This document shows positions 18,339 through 27,644 of a stretch of 64,000 nt of DNA, one piece after another. The notes beneath the pieces were generated by a model. That model did no database searches. It was given only the letters and a program-made list of their open reading frames with translations, and was not told the origin of the DNA. The stretch is from Terriglobia bacterium (lineage in GTDB: Bacteria > Acidobacteriota > Terriglobia > Bryobacterales > Bryobacteraceae). Position numbers and translations under genes: made by a program. The first letter of the stretch is position 1. Every line of letters begins with the position of its first letter. The DNA lies in the NCBI GenBank assembly GCA_010084195.1, contig RGPS01000004.1, positions 12,000-75,999 of the forward strand, in the 5' to 3' direction.

Positions 18339-18444
18339 ATCCGGGCCCTGTTTCATCCGGTGTTTCCGCACTATGGAGTGGAGCGAGATACAGCGAGATT
18401 GCAAACCCCTGCAGCGGCAACCAAAACGGAGGCAAGGAAATCGA

Positions 18445-19064
18445 ATGACACTGACAGAGACCACACAAGAGCGCGTCAAGGTGGTGACTTGGGAAGATCC
18501 CCGGAAGTCTGCCCGTGAAGCGCGCCGCATGTCATGCGTTGAATTCTTCGATCAGCCTAAAAACGGCAGTTGACCTCGGCGGTCGCCCCGCAAGCACTGG
18601 AATCCATTGAGGTTGCAACTGCTTCGCACTTCACCAATTTGGTAACAACTGCTGTCCGGAACCGCCCTTTGGGAAGCTGCTCGGTATTGGTCGTTTCGAT
18701 GCCGGTCACGGAACTTTCACCATGACTCTGGACCCTCAGGAAGTGCACTACAACCCGATGGGATGCGTGCACGGCGGGATTCTGGCTACCCTTCTGGATT
18801 CTGTGATGTCGGCTGCCGTGCATACGGCGCTGCCTACAGGCAAAGGATACCTGACGATTGAGATCAAGGCGAACTTCATTCGCCAGGTGCTGCAGGCGAG
18901 TGGCGAAATCATGGCCACCGGGGAAAGTGGTTTTCCCCGGTGGCCAGATCGGCACTGCTTAGGGCAAAGTCATCGACACAAAACAGGGCCTTTGTGCTAC
19001 AGGCTCTGCGACGTGTATGATCATCGACGCCACCGGCGGACCTCCCATGAATCTCTCCGGGTAG
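18445..19064 (+). pseudogene. PaaI/hotdog-fold thioesterase, disrupted
   Basis: The family pattern is recoverable only across frames. Segment 1 is MTLTETTQERVKVVTWEDPRKSAREARRMSCVEFFDQPKNGS (RBS ggagg upstream). Segment 2 is PEPPFGKLLGIGRFDAGHGTFTMTLDPQEVHYNPMGCVHGGILATLLDSVMSAAVHTALPTGKGYLTIEIKANFIRQV...GEIMATG. Segment 3 is VVFPGGQIGTA*GKVIDTKQGLCATGSATCMIID.... Disruptions are about 85 extra nt at 18571-18655, a +1 shift in the gggg run at 18920-18923, and an in-frame TAG at 18960-18962. Confidence 0.7.
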
Positions 19065-19190
19065 TTCTCCGCTCTGCTAAGGGCGGAAGACAATCAGGTC
19101 CTGGGGGCCAACCAACGTGCCCTTGCCTGTGTCGCGCAGGCCTCTGCCGGGCTGCGCTTCTGGTCAGGCCCGCAGCACTTCTGCCACAGG

Positions 19191-20084
19191 CTATGTCACG
19201 TCAATCAGGGCTCCGTCAAGGTTCGGGAATTTGAACTGGAACCCGGCCTTGAGTGCGGCTTCTGGTACCACGCGCACGGAATCCAGAACATGCGCGCCGA
19301 GTTCGCCGAGCAATGCCTTGATAGCGAAGCCGGGCGCAGGCAGAATCGTCGGGCGATGGAGAGCTGAGCCGAGAGCTTTGGTGAAGTCCTTATTCCGGGC
19401 GGGGTTCGGCGAGACGGCGTTGAAGACTCCCGAAACCTCATTCTCTGCGGCCCAGATGAACAGGCGGCTGACGTCCTCTACGTGGACCCAGGGCATCCAC
19501 TGCTTCCCCGAACCGAGGGTGCCTCCCAGACAGAAGCTGAATAGTGGAACCAGTCTCTTCATCGCGCCGCCATTGCGGCCCAAAACGAATCCAATCCGGA
19601 TCTTGACGACTCGAACGCCGAACCAGGCTGCCCGATCAGCCTCTGCCTCCCAGCTACGGCAAACATCAGCCAGGAAACCCTTCCCCAGCGACGATTGTTC
19701 AGTGAGAATCTCATCGCCGCGGTTGCCGTATGCTCCGATACCGGAGGCACAAATCAGGACCTTCGGCTTGTGGCGAGCCTTGGAAATTGCGTCGACCAGC
19801 CGACGCGTGCCGTCGACCCTGCTGGCGCGGATCTTCTCCTTCACTTCCGGATTCCAGCGCTGGTCGATTCGTTCGCCGGCCAGATGAATGACAGCATCCA
19901 TGTCGTGGACGCTGTCGACTGGGGGTTCGCCATCCATTGGGTCCCACCTGTAGGTCGCTATGGCGGTGCGGGCGGCGTCACCAGGTCGGCGGCTGTACAC
20001 ACCCGCATAGTGGCCCTGGGCCAGCAGGTCATTCACAATCTGTCGGCCAATGAAGCCGGTACCACCCGAAACAATAAATTTCAT
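19191..20084 (-). CDS. TIGR01777/YfcH-like NAD-dependent epimerase (SDR39U1, DUF1731 C-terminus)
   Basis: N-terminal MKFIVSGGTGFIGRQIV Rossmann motif. The C-terminal region reads ...SPNPARNKDFTKALGSALHRPTILPAPGFAIKALLGE. Confidence 0.85.
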   Translation of the reverse strand: MKFIVSGGTGFIGRQIVNDLLAQGHYAGVYSRRPGDAARTAIATYRWDPMDGEPPVDSVHDMDAVIHLAGERIDQRWNPEVKEKIRASRVDGTRRLVDAISKARHKPKVLICASGIGAYGNRGDEILTEQSSLGKGFLADVCRSWEAEADRAAWFGVRVVKIRIGFVLGRNGGAMKRLVPLFSFCLGGTLGSGKQWMPWVHVEDVSRLFIWAAENEVSGVFNAVSPNPARNKDFTKALGSALHRPTILPAPGFAIKALLGELGAHVLDSVRVVPEAALKAGFQFKFPNLDGALIDVT

Positions 20085-21490
20085 AAGAGAGTTGCCTGCG
20101 GAGAATCGATTTGGCGGATGTACGCCGCAATATCTGTTTTACGCTTCATGCCGTCGTACGACATATAGCGGAGTTGCCCAAAGATTGGTCTTTCGGACCA
20201 GGGGCGGTCGTGCAGCCCGAAGCACCACAGAATACCAGTTGCCGTATTCGGATCCCGGCCATCCAGTGCATAAATGCTGTGAATGCGGAACATGGTTCGC
20301 AAAGCTTCATCAAGGGTAGGAGACCACTCCATGATCTTCTTGCCCCAATACATGCGATAGTAGCCGTGGATCTTCCCTTCCGTCAGCATTTCCAGCTGGG
20401 TGGCGTTCCACAGAGGGTCGTGAGTTTGGGCGCTGAGGAATTGTTCGAAGGTGTAGGTAACGGGGCGAGGATCATTGGCGTGTTTCGCCATGGTCTTCCG
20501 GCACCAGTCGGGCAGCACCTCGAGCGTTTCGTTCTTCGGTGTCCAGCGTGAGAAATTGAAAGCCAGCTCCCGCCGGACTATGAGCTCTTCCAGGAATTCG
20601 TCCGCTACGAGTTTGTGTTCGGCGGCATAAGCCCGGACAGCGAGCGCGACTTCCAACGCTGCAATATGACCAAAGTGAAGATACGGGCTGAGTTCGCTGG
20701 TGGCTTTCTTCGAGGGCTGGCCGCTTTCCTTCGAGTAGCGGGAGAGCCTCGATGCGAGGAAATGCTGCAGTCGGCTGCGGGCTTCTGTCGTGCCGCCCCG
20801 CAAGGATTTCGAAAGGGGAATTGTGTGGTTGATCGCGCAGGAGGCGACCAGTTCGGGGATCGTTGTGCGGCTCACGGGGGTTCTGCACTCTGCAACGTCG
20901 CACGGGAGAAGGGCTTCGTTCCACGGCACAGAAGGCGGGGTGAAGGGCAGGGGCTTCAGCCACAGAGGCAGTTCGCGGTGGATCTTTGGCCGGATCGTAT
21001 AGGCGGCCCAGGCGCGTTTTTCGTGAACATTCATGGGCACGATGCAGCTGCTGTCCACCGCGTAGTACGGGATCTCCACGCGGGACGGCACGCTGCGATT
21101 GTGGTCGGCTACATTAAATGTTGGGAAGTCGTCCGTTACCAGTGCGACGGCTTTTTCGGCCAGACGGTAGACCAGGTTGTTGGGGTCGGCGGGCGTGCGC
21201 CGCAGGTAGAAGAGGTAGCCGATTCCGGCACGTGTCAGGTCGGCCTGGAACTCCGGGACACCTTCGAGGATGAAGGTATGGAGGCGGTCGTTGGCGTCGG
21301 GGTACGAGCAGGTCAGGCCTTCGTAGACGAGCAGGGGGACGCGGTTCAGATTGGCAAGGTGGACCGCCCAGGCGAGGGCGTGATTCGATTCCGTGCGTCG
21401 ATTGGCTTGCACCCAATAGAGGACATAATCCCCATCTGTGCGGGGTGGGCGGTTATTCAGGGTCTGGACCCGTGGCTCTAATGCATTCAA
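20081..21490 (-). CDS. phr: Deoxyribodipyrimidine photolyase, class II (CPD photolyase)
   Basis: Matches the class II pattern (DYVLYWVQANRRTESNHAL..., ...GKIHGYYRMYWGKKIMEW...DPNTATGILWCFGLHDRPWSERPIFGQLRYM). TTG start lies 3 nt after the upstream stop. The 3' end overlaps the epimerase start by 4 nt. Confidence 0.9.
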   Translation of the reverse strand: MNALEPRVQTLNNRPPRTDGDYVLYWVQANRRTESNHALAWAVHLANLNRVPLLVYEGLTCSYPDANDRLHTFILEGVPEFQADLTRAGIGYLFYLRRTPADPNNLVYRLAEKAVALVTDDFPTFNVADHNRSVPSRVEIPYYAVDSSCIVPMNVHEKRAWAAYTIRPKIHRELPLWLKPLPFTPPSVPWNEALLPCDVAECRTPVSRTTIPELVASCAINHTIPLSKSLRGGTTEARSRLQHFLASRLSRYSKESGQPSKKATSELSPYLHFGHIAALEVALAVRAYAAEHKLVADEFLEELIVRRELAFNFSRWTPKNETLEVLPDWCRKTMAKHANDPRPVTYTFEQFLSAQTHDPLWNATQLEMLTEGKIHGYYRMYWGKKIMEWSPTLDEALRTMFRIHSIYALDGRDPNTATGILWCFGLHDRPWSERPIFGQLRYMSYDGMKRKTDIAAYIRQIDSPQATLL

Positions 21491-21493
21491 GAG

Positions 21494-22615
21494 TTAAACC
21501 ACCACATCGCCCGTTTCAGAAGTGTCATAGCCTGCCAAAACTTCCAGCTTGCGGCGGAGCGTGGCGCGCTGCAGGACATCCAGGAAGACTTTCACGACGG
21601 GCATGTCAGCGGTGCGGCGGCGCATGACCAAATCGTAGCGCTCGCGGTGCAGCGGAATGAAATCGAGCCCGAAACTGTTCGCAGCAGAGTGGGTGGCGAG
21701 GCATACATCGGCGTCGCCCGTAAGGATCGTATAGGCAGCGGCCAGGTGGCCAAACGCGATTCGTTGATAGCCGTGAACAGCGGCGTCGGGAATACCCGCT
21801 TTTGCGAGGAGTTGATCCAGCAGCGCACGGCTGCCGGAACCTGGTTCCCGATTCGAGAAGCGAACGTCGGGCCGGGCGAGGTCGGCAATGCTATGAATCG
21901 ACTTTGGATTTCCCGGGGCAATGACAAGGCCCTCCTCCCAGTGTGCGAAGGTGATGACGGTAAGGTCCTCACCGGGGAAGTTCCGGCGAAGGAAAGGGAG
22001 GTTGAATTCTCCGGTAGCCGCGTCTTCCAGGTGCGAACCCGCGATGTGAACCTTCCCCTCGCAGAGCCATGTGAGAGCGAGTTTGCTCGAGGCGGGGGCG
22101 GAGACCACCTCCACGCCGCTAACCTTTTCCACCATGTGAGAAAGCAGGCCTGTGGCAGGATCGCAGCCTGCCAGCACAAGGCGTTTTTGCGCCGCTTCGT
22201 CTTTAGCAAAAACCGTCAGTTCGGTACGTCCCCTGGCGAGTCCGGTCTGCCGGACTACGCCATCTGCTTCGGGCATAAAACAGGGTGAGGCGCTGACCGG
22301 TACGCCAACCCAGTTGTTGCCAAGCTGGCAAATCCGGACAGCCTGACCAGGCGCGGATGGTTGTCCACTCAGCATCTCGACTTTTAGGGGTTCGCTGCTC
22401 TCGCCCGATTCATCCTGCAAAGAGAACAGGCCTTCGAAGGGAACTTCGAGTTCCCGGGCCAGATTGAGCGCAACTTCTGTATTGGGGACATAGGTCCCGG
22501 CTTCGATCGCGTAGATGGTCTGGCGGCTGACTCCGACGCGCCGGGCAAGCTCGGACGCACCGACGCCTCGAAGAGTTCGAATCTCGGCCAGACGGTTCTC
22601 GACGCGGGCTTTCAC
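21494..22615 (-). CDS. XRE-family HTH regulator fused to a periplasmic-binding-protein-like (molybdate/tungstate-binding-type, COG1910-like) domain
   Basis: The N-terminus LRGVGASELARRVGVSRQTIYAIEAGTYVPNTEVALNLAREL is an XRE HTH. The C-terminal ~270 aa resemble a PBP-like domain (LVLAGCDPA...HIAGSHL...REPGSGSRALLD). GTG start. Confidence 0.7.
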   Translation of the reverse strand: MKARVENRLAEIRTLRGVGASELARRVGVSRQTIYAIEAGTYVPNTEVALNLARELEVPFEGLFSLQDESGESSEPLKVEMLSGQPSAPGQAVRICQLGNNWVGVPVSASPCFMPEADGVVRQTGLARGRTELTVFAKDEAAQKRLVLAGCDPATGLLSHMVEKVSGVEVVSAPASSKLALTWLCEGKVHIAGSHLEDAATGEFNLPFLRRNFPGEDLTVITFAHWEEGLVIAPGNPKSIHSIADLARPDVRFSNREPGSGSRALLDQLLAKAGIPDAAVHGYQRIAFGHLAAAYTILTGDADVCLATHSAANSFGLDFIPLHRERYDLVMRRRTADMPVVKVFLDVLQRATLRRKLEVLAGYDTSETGDVVV

Positions 22616-22692
22616 TAACAGCTATTTTCGCAGTTGGACTACTTCGGGCTCTGTGAGCATGCGAACGGAGCGGGCACCCGGGGACATCGTTT

Positions 22693-22716
22693 GGGAACAA
22701 TCAATCGGGAACAATC
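22693..22716 (-). promoter_or_regulatory. Direct repeat gggaacaatc x2 (14-nt period) upstream of the XRE-PBP regulator operon
   Basis: gggaacaatc occurs at 22693-22702 and 22707-22716, about 80-100 nt upstream of the GTG start at 22615. Candidate operator only. Confidence 0.3.
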
Positions 22717-22919
22717 CACCGAAAGGGGCCTGAGGGCGAAGCGAGCGGTTTACCGACAGCGGTATCGGCGATCAGGATTTCGCGTCGTACCGTAGCTCGG
22801 GGCGTCCTGGCGAGGTCGGCGCGCGTGCCCTGTATGGAGGGCACCTCCGGCTCGGCAATGAGAAGGGAGCAGCTGAACAGGCAAAAAGAATCAAACGGCG
22901 GCGATGTGTCCGGTAGTTC

Positions 22920-25900
22920 TCAAAAGTGGAACTTACCCACAAATTCAAAAACGCGGGGGTTGCCTGCACTCGTAATGGAGCCAAAGGCCGGATTCCCCAC
23001 GCTGCCGTTCGGGTCGTTCAGGGGAGGGGTGTTCGAGACGTTGAAGGTTTCGGCGCGGAACTCCAGCCTCAGGTGCTCAGTCATGTGAAATGTCTTGCCC
23101 AGCATCAGATCCGCGTTCTGGAGGCCTGGCCCCCGGAAGGGGTTCCGTGAACTGTTACCGATCACGAACTGCGGTACCTCCGTGAAAGCTGCCGTGTTGA
23201 AGTATCGGGCTACACTTCGGTTCTCAAAGTCATTCGGGTTCGCGGTCCGGTCTGGCCGCTGGACGGCGTAGCCAAGGCTGGAGTTGTTGTTGTTGGCCTG
23301 GGTGACCGGGATGGCGGCCCCTGTCTGGACGCGAACCAAACCGGCGATTTGCCATCCGGCGAACTTCCCCAGGCGGGGCAGGTCATAGACCCAGCCGAGG
23401 GCCAGAACTCGGGGGATATCTCCGGTGGAAACATCCTTTTCGAGATGTCGGTTCCCGGCGTCGGCGGCCCCTGTAGTCCCGAGCACCGGGCCCGTGAAAA
23501 TGGTCTGCGAGAAGACCGTGGAGGCGTCGTCGAGGAGTTTGGAATGGGTGAAGGCGGCATTGATTGTCAGGCCCCGGGTCAGGCGTCTCTCAAGCTTGAG
23601 CGTGAAGGCGTTGTAGCTCGATTGGCCCACGTTGTTTCTGAAGAGGGCGACGTTCGTGAAGCGGGGGTATGGCCGGAGCAGTTGGTGCCGGGGGAGCGTG
23701 GTGGTCCCGAGAGACGAAGAGGTTGGAATCTGACCTGAGTAGGGGTTGGGGACCCGAGCGAGGAGCGCTGAACCCAACGAGAGGTATTGTGCCGGGAGTT
23801 GGTTGATATTGGCATCGGGGACGCCAAGCCGGGTATTTTTTGAGCCGAGGTAGCCGACTTCTAAGTTCCAGTTGGCCCGGAACGTTCTTTGGAGGGTCAG
23901 GTTCCACTGCTGCGAGTAGCCAGAGCCGTTGGCGCGATCTACCCCGAAGACCCCTTGGCCGAGGCCGGAGTTGGCGTTGGGAGTGGTGATCTGAACGGTT
24001 GGGCCGGTGGTGAGGGGAAACGCCGCCGTCAGGTTGTCCTGCGATTGCTGGCTGACGGTCTGGACGAAGGGGAACTGGGGAAGGGTAAAGGGAGTGCTGA
24101 TTCCCGATTGCTCGAAGAAGACCATGCCGTAGCCGGACCGAATCACCAGGCTGTCGGTTGCCCTCCAGGCGAGGCCCAGGCGAGGTCCGAAGTCCTTCCA
24201 ATGGACCCGCCGTGCGGTGCGAGGGAATTCGAGGCTCTGCGAATTCAGGTTGAAGACCGCACACTGGTCAATTCTCTCCGTGGAAGGAAAATTCAGGGTA
24301 TAGCGAGTGCCTATGTTCAGTGAGAGGCGCTGCGTTACTTTCCAGTCGTCGCCAACGAAGAATTCGGCAATGCGGGCGCGGGGCTGGATGACTCTGCGCT
24401 GAATGTCGATGGTGAAGGTATTCACCTGCCCGAGGAGCAGGGAAGCGAGGCCGTTCCCGCTGCCGTTTACGGTTGAACTGTTGGTGCCGGTATTGGTGAA
24501 GGCGAAGGCTCCCGTCGGATTTGGAGGATTGAGGACATCGAGCGTTTCCCGGCGAATATCGACGCCAGCTTTGAGGGTGTGGCGACCATGGACGAGAGTG
24601 AAAGTGTCGAGGAATTCAGTGACGGAGGTGGTGAAGTTTGAATTCGCGGAGGTGGTGGGACCGATTTGTTGGAAGCCTGTAACGGTGAAGATGGGCAGGA
24701 CGGAGGCGAAGGAGTTGTCGGGGAGACCGGGGATGGTGATGCCACCGTTCTGCAGTGAGGCCTGATTGAGGTCTCGGCGAGAATAGCCGAAGCGGAGCTG
24801 ATTGAGGGCGTTATTGCTGAGAATCCAGGTGTAGTCGCTTGCCAGGGCGTCACCGCGGGTCCGGGCGTGGCCGGTGACGCCTGAAGTGAGGCTGCCGCTG
24901 CCGTCGGGGAGAGGCGTGACAGGCGTGGCGTCGCCCCGGAAGAAGGTGTAACGACCGAAGGCGCGGTGTTTGGAACCGAAGTAGCGGTCGAGACGGAAGT
25001 CGGCCTGATCCTGACTATCAAGTTCCGTGCCGGTGCGCACGAAGTTGTTGGCTCCGCTGACGTTCGGGGCGGGGTAGTGCCGCAGGACCTGACCGCCCAG
25101 TTCGTCGAGTCGGCTGGCGGGGATAACGTTGGCGGGAAACTGCGTTCGAGGGGAGGTGGCGGGGTCGAAGATGGTCTGGATGAACACACCCTGCCTCTGC
25201 GCGAGGGTGGGCACTACAGAGAAGCGTGTGATGCCTGTTCGGAGTCGGGTTCCCTGCCAGTCTGTGAAGAAGAAAGTTTTGTTCTTTTGGACAGGGCCGC
25301 CCAGAGTCAGGCCATATTGATTGCGGCGAAACCTGGGTTTCGGGCCAGGGGGGGCGAAGAGGTTGCGCGCGTTCAGTGTTTCGTGGCGGAAGAACCCGAA
25401 GATGCTGCCGTGGAAATGGTTGCCACCAGACTTGCCAATCACCATCACGGTACCGCCGTTTGAGCGACCGTACTCGGGGGAGTAGGCATTCACGTTGAGC
25501 TTGAACTCCGCCATGCCGTCAAGGATTGGGTAGTAGACCACCTGGCCCGGTTCGGGCTGCAGGACGCTGATGCCGTCATAAATGTATTCGTTGGTGCGCG
25601 GACGACTCCCGTTGATGCGGGGCAGGAACTGGCCGTTCGGGAGCGCGACTCCCGGGGAGAGGGTGACGAGCGGGATGAAGTTCCGCCCATCGAGGGGGAG
25701 GGTGGAGATCTTTTTTTCGTCCACGTTGAGGCTGACTTCTCCGCTTCCGGTCTGCAGAAGTGGCACAGCAGTAGTAACTTCCATGGCCTGAGCGGGTTGG
25801 CCGACCTCCAGTTTTACGTCCAGGGCGGTACGTCCGGCCAGGCGCAGGATGATTCCGGTTTGTTTGTGGGTACGAAAGCCGGGTTGTTCTACGGTCAGGT

Positions 25901-26117
25901 TCCAGGCCCCCGCCGAGAGGCCCGGAAAGTGATATTCGCCGCGTTCGTCCGAGACCGCAGAGTGGCGGGAACTTGTGGGCAGCGCTTCGGCAGAGACTTT
26001 GGCGTTGGGGATGCGAAGGCCGGAGGGATCCAGGATGGTGCCGAAAAGTTCCGCACTACCGGCCTGACCGACGCAGAGTGACGGGATCAGGATAAGTGTG
26101 CCGAGCCAGCTTTTCAC
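22920..26117 (-). CDS. TonB-dependent receptor-like outer membrane protein with N-terminal carboxypeptidase-regulatory-like domain
   Basis: About 1065 aa. The N-terminus is a signal peptide followed by a CarboxypepD_reg-like module (ELFGTILDPSGLRIPNAKVSAE...GEYHFPGLSAGAWNLTVEQPGF). It has a long beta-barrel and ends ...RVFEFVGKFHF (terminal Phe). I prefer GTG 26117 (VKSWLGTLILIPSLCVGQAGSA), because the track start 26303 would overlap the divergent aldehyde dehydrogenase gene. Confidence 0.8.
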   Translation of the reverse strand: MKSWLGTLILIPSLCVGQAGSAELFGTILDPSGLRIPNAKVSAEALPTSSRHSAVSDERGEYHFPGLSAGAWNLTVEQPGFRTHKQTGIILRLAGRTALDVKLEVGQPAQAMEVTTAVPLLQTGSGEVSLNVDEKKISTLPLDGRNFIPLVTLSPGVALPNGQFLPRINGSRPRTNEYIYDGISVLQPEPGQVVYYPILDGMAEFKLNVNAYSPEYGRSNGGTVMVIGKSGGNHFHGSIFGFFRHETLNARNLFAPPGPKPRFRRNQYGLTLGGPVQKNKTFFFTDWQGTRLRTGITRFSVVPTLAQRQGVFIQTIFDPATSPRTQFPANVIPASRLDELGGQVLRHYPAPNVSGANNFVRTGTELDSQDQADFRLDRYFGSKHRAFGRYTFFRGDATPVTPLPDGSGSLTSGVTGHARTRGDALASDYTWILSNNALNQLRFGYSRRDLNQASLQNGGITIPGLPDNSFASVLPIFTVTGFQQIGPTTSANSNFTTSVTEFLDTFTLVHGRHTLKAGVDIRRETLDVLNPPNPTGAFAFTNTGTNSSTVNGSGNGLASLLLGQVNTFTIDIQRRVIQPRARIAEFFVGDDWKVTQRLSLNIGTRYTLNFPSTERIDQCAVFNLNSQSLEFPRTARRVHWKDFGPRLGLAWRATDSLVIRSGYGMVFFEQSGISTPFTLPQFPFVQTVSQQSQDNLTAAFPLTTGPTVQITTPNANSGLGQGVFGVDRANGSGYSQQWNLTLQRTFRANWNLEVGYLGSKNTRLGVPDANINQLPAQYLSLGSALLARVPNPYSGQIPTSSSLGTTTLPRHQLLRPYPRFTNVALFRNNVGQSSYNAFTLKLERRLTRGLTINAAFTHSKLLDDASTVFSQTIFTGPVLGTTGAADAGNRHLEKDVSTGDIPRVLALGWVYDLPRLGKFAGWQIAGLVRVQTGAAIPVTQANNNNSSLGYAVQRPDRTANPNDFENRSVARYFNTAAFTEVPQFVIGNSSRNPFRGPGLQNADLMLGKTFHMTEHLRLEFRAETFNVSNTPPLNDPNGSVGNPAFGSITSAGNPRVFEFVGKFHF

Positions 26118-26187
26118 GTTACGATGTAATCTTAACAAGACAAGTGGTGGTGTCGTGGGGAAGGCTCGAAGATAATAAATATACGCC

Positions 26188-27639
26188 ATGCCACAGCCCA
26201 CACTTCCGCCCGCCAAACTGCTGATCAACAACCGCTGGGTGGAGAGCGAGTCCGGGGCGACGTTCGCTACGACAAACCCTGCCACGGGTGAAGAGATCTG
26301 CATGGTGGCAGAGGCCGGTGCGGCTGATGTGGATAAGGCCGTTCAGGCGGCCCGCGAGGCGTTTGACGGCATGCGCTGGCGCAGGATGCCGGCGTCAGAA
26401 AAGGGCCGGTTGCTGTTGAAGCTGGCGGACCTGATCGAGAAGCATGCCGACGAACTGGCGCAACTGGAGGCGCTGGACAACGGGAAGCCGGTGGCCGTGG
26501 CGAAGGCCGTCGATGTGGCCGCTGCGGCCTCGTGTTTTCGGTATTTCGGGGGCTGGGCGGACAAAGTGCAGGGCAAGACCATCCCGATAGACGGTAATTT
26601 TTTCTGCTACACACGGCACGAGCCGGTGGGCGTGGTGGGGCAGATTATCCCGTGGAATTTCCCCGTGATGATGCTGGCCTGGAAGCTGGCTCCTGCGCTG
26701 GCGACCGGTAATACAGTCGTCCTGAAACCGGCAGAACAGACACCTCTGTCGGCACTGCGAATCGGGGAACTGATTCTGGAAGCGGGATTTCCGAAGGGTG
26801 TGGTGAACATCCTGCCGGGCTTTGGTCCGACGGCTGGTGCGGCAATTGCGAGCCATATGGATGTGAACAAGGTGGCCTTTACGGGATCCACCGAGGTGGG
26901 GCGCATCATTATGGCTGCTGCCGCCAATTCGAACCTGAAGAGGGTAACGCTGGAACTTGGTGGCAAGAGCGCCAACGTCGTTTTCGCGGATTGCGATCTG
27001 GACGATGCGGTGAACGGGGCGCACAACGGGTTGTTTTTCAACCAGGGCCAGTCGTGTATTGCCGGGTCACGGGTTTTTGTTGAAGAGAAGATCTACGCCG
27101 AGTTTGTGGAGAAGAGCGCCGCAAAGGCGAGGGGCCGCGTGGTGGGCGATCCGTTCGATCCGAAGACAGAGCAGGGGCCGCAGGTGGATCAGGTTCAGCT
27201 CGACCGGATCATGGGCTATGTGGAAAGAGGTCGCAACGACGGTGCCCGCCTGGTGTGCGGCGGAGAACGACTCCCCGGGCCTGGGTACTTCATGCAACCA
27301 ACCGTTTTCGCTGATGTTCAGGATGAGATGGCCATCGCAAGGGAAGAGATCTTTGGCCCGGTGATGAGCATTATTCCGTTCCGCAGCGTTCACGAAGTTG
27401 TGGAGCGAGCGAATAGTTCCATCTACGGTCTGGCCGCCGCTGTCTGGACCCGGGATATCAAGAAGGCCCACACGGTAGCCCACGGTCTGCAGGCAGGGAC
27501 GGTGTTTGTGAACTGCTACAACGTGTTGGACACGCGGGCTCCCTTCGGCGGCTTCAAGCAGTCCGGTATCGGTCGTGAACTGGGCGAGTATGGCCTGCAG
27601 CAGTACACCGAGGTCAAGACCGTTACCGTTCGCCTGTAA
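26188..27639 (+). CDS. NAD(P)-dependent aldehyde dehydrogenase
   Basis: 483 aa with ALDH signatures ([40 protein letters not shown] with the catalytic Cys, and EEIFGPV). Confidence 0.9.
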   Translation: MPQPTLPPAKLLINNRWVESESGATFATTNPATGEEICMVAEAGAADVDKAVQAAREAFDGMRWRRMPASEKGRLLLKLADLIEKHADELAQLEALDNGKPVAVAKAVDVAAAASCFRYFGGWADKVQGKTIPIDGNFFCYTRHEPVGVVGQIIPWNFPVMMLAWKLAPALATGNTVVLKPAEQTPLSALRIGELILEAGFPKGVVNILPGFGPTAGAAIASHMDVNKVAFTGSTEVGRIIMAAAANSNLKRVTLELGGKSANVVFADCDLDDAVNGAHNGLFFNQGQSCIAGSRVFVEEKIYAEFVEKSAAKARGRVVGDPFDPKTEQGPQVDQVQLDRIMGYVERGRNDGARLVCGGERLPGPGYFMQPTVFADVQDEMAIAREEIFGPVMSIIPFRSVHEVVERANSSIYGLAAAVWTRDIKKAHTVAHGLQAGTVFVNCYNVLDTRAPFGGFKQSGIGRELGEYGLQQYTEVKTVTVRL

Positions 27640-27644
27640 CCTGT

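Noticed and set aside
18722-19234. A 170-aa intact ORF as a functional thioesterase.
   Set aside because: Only its first ~65 aa match the hotdog fold. The remainder (ESGFPRWPDRHCLGQSHRHKTG...) is out-of-frame junk, while the true family C-terminus is readable in another frame with a TAG.
22816-22835. Hairpin gtgccct-gtatgg-agggcac downstream of the TonB-receptor gene as a terminator.
   Set aside because: The stem is only 7 bp, no U-tract follows on the transcribed strand, and it lies ~85 nt from the stop. Evidence is insufficient.
26118-26303. N-terminal extension of the TonB-dependent receptor-like ORF to 26303.
   Set aside because: The extension would overlap the divergent aldehyde dehydrogenase start and has no signal-peptide character. 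GTG 26117 gives a proper signal peptide.
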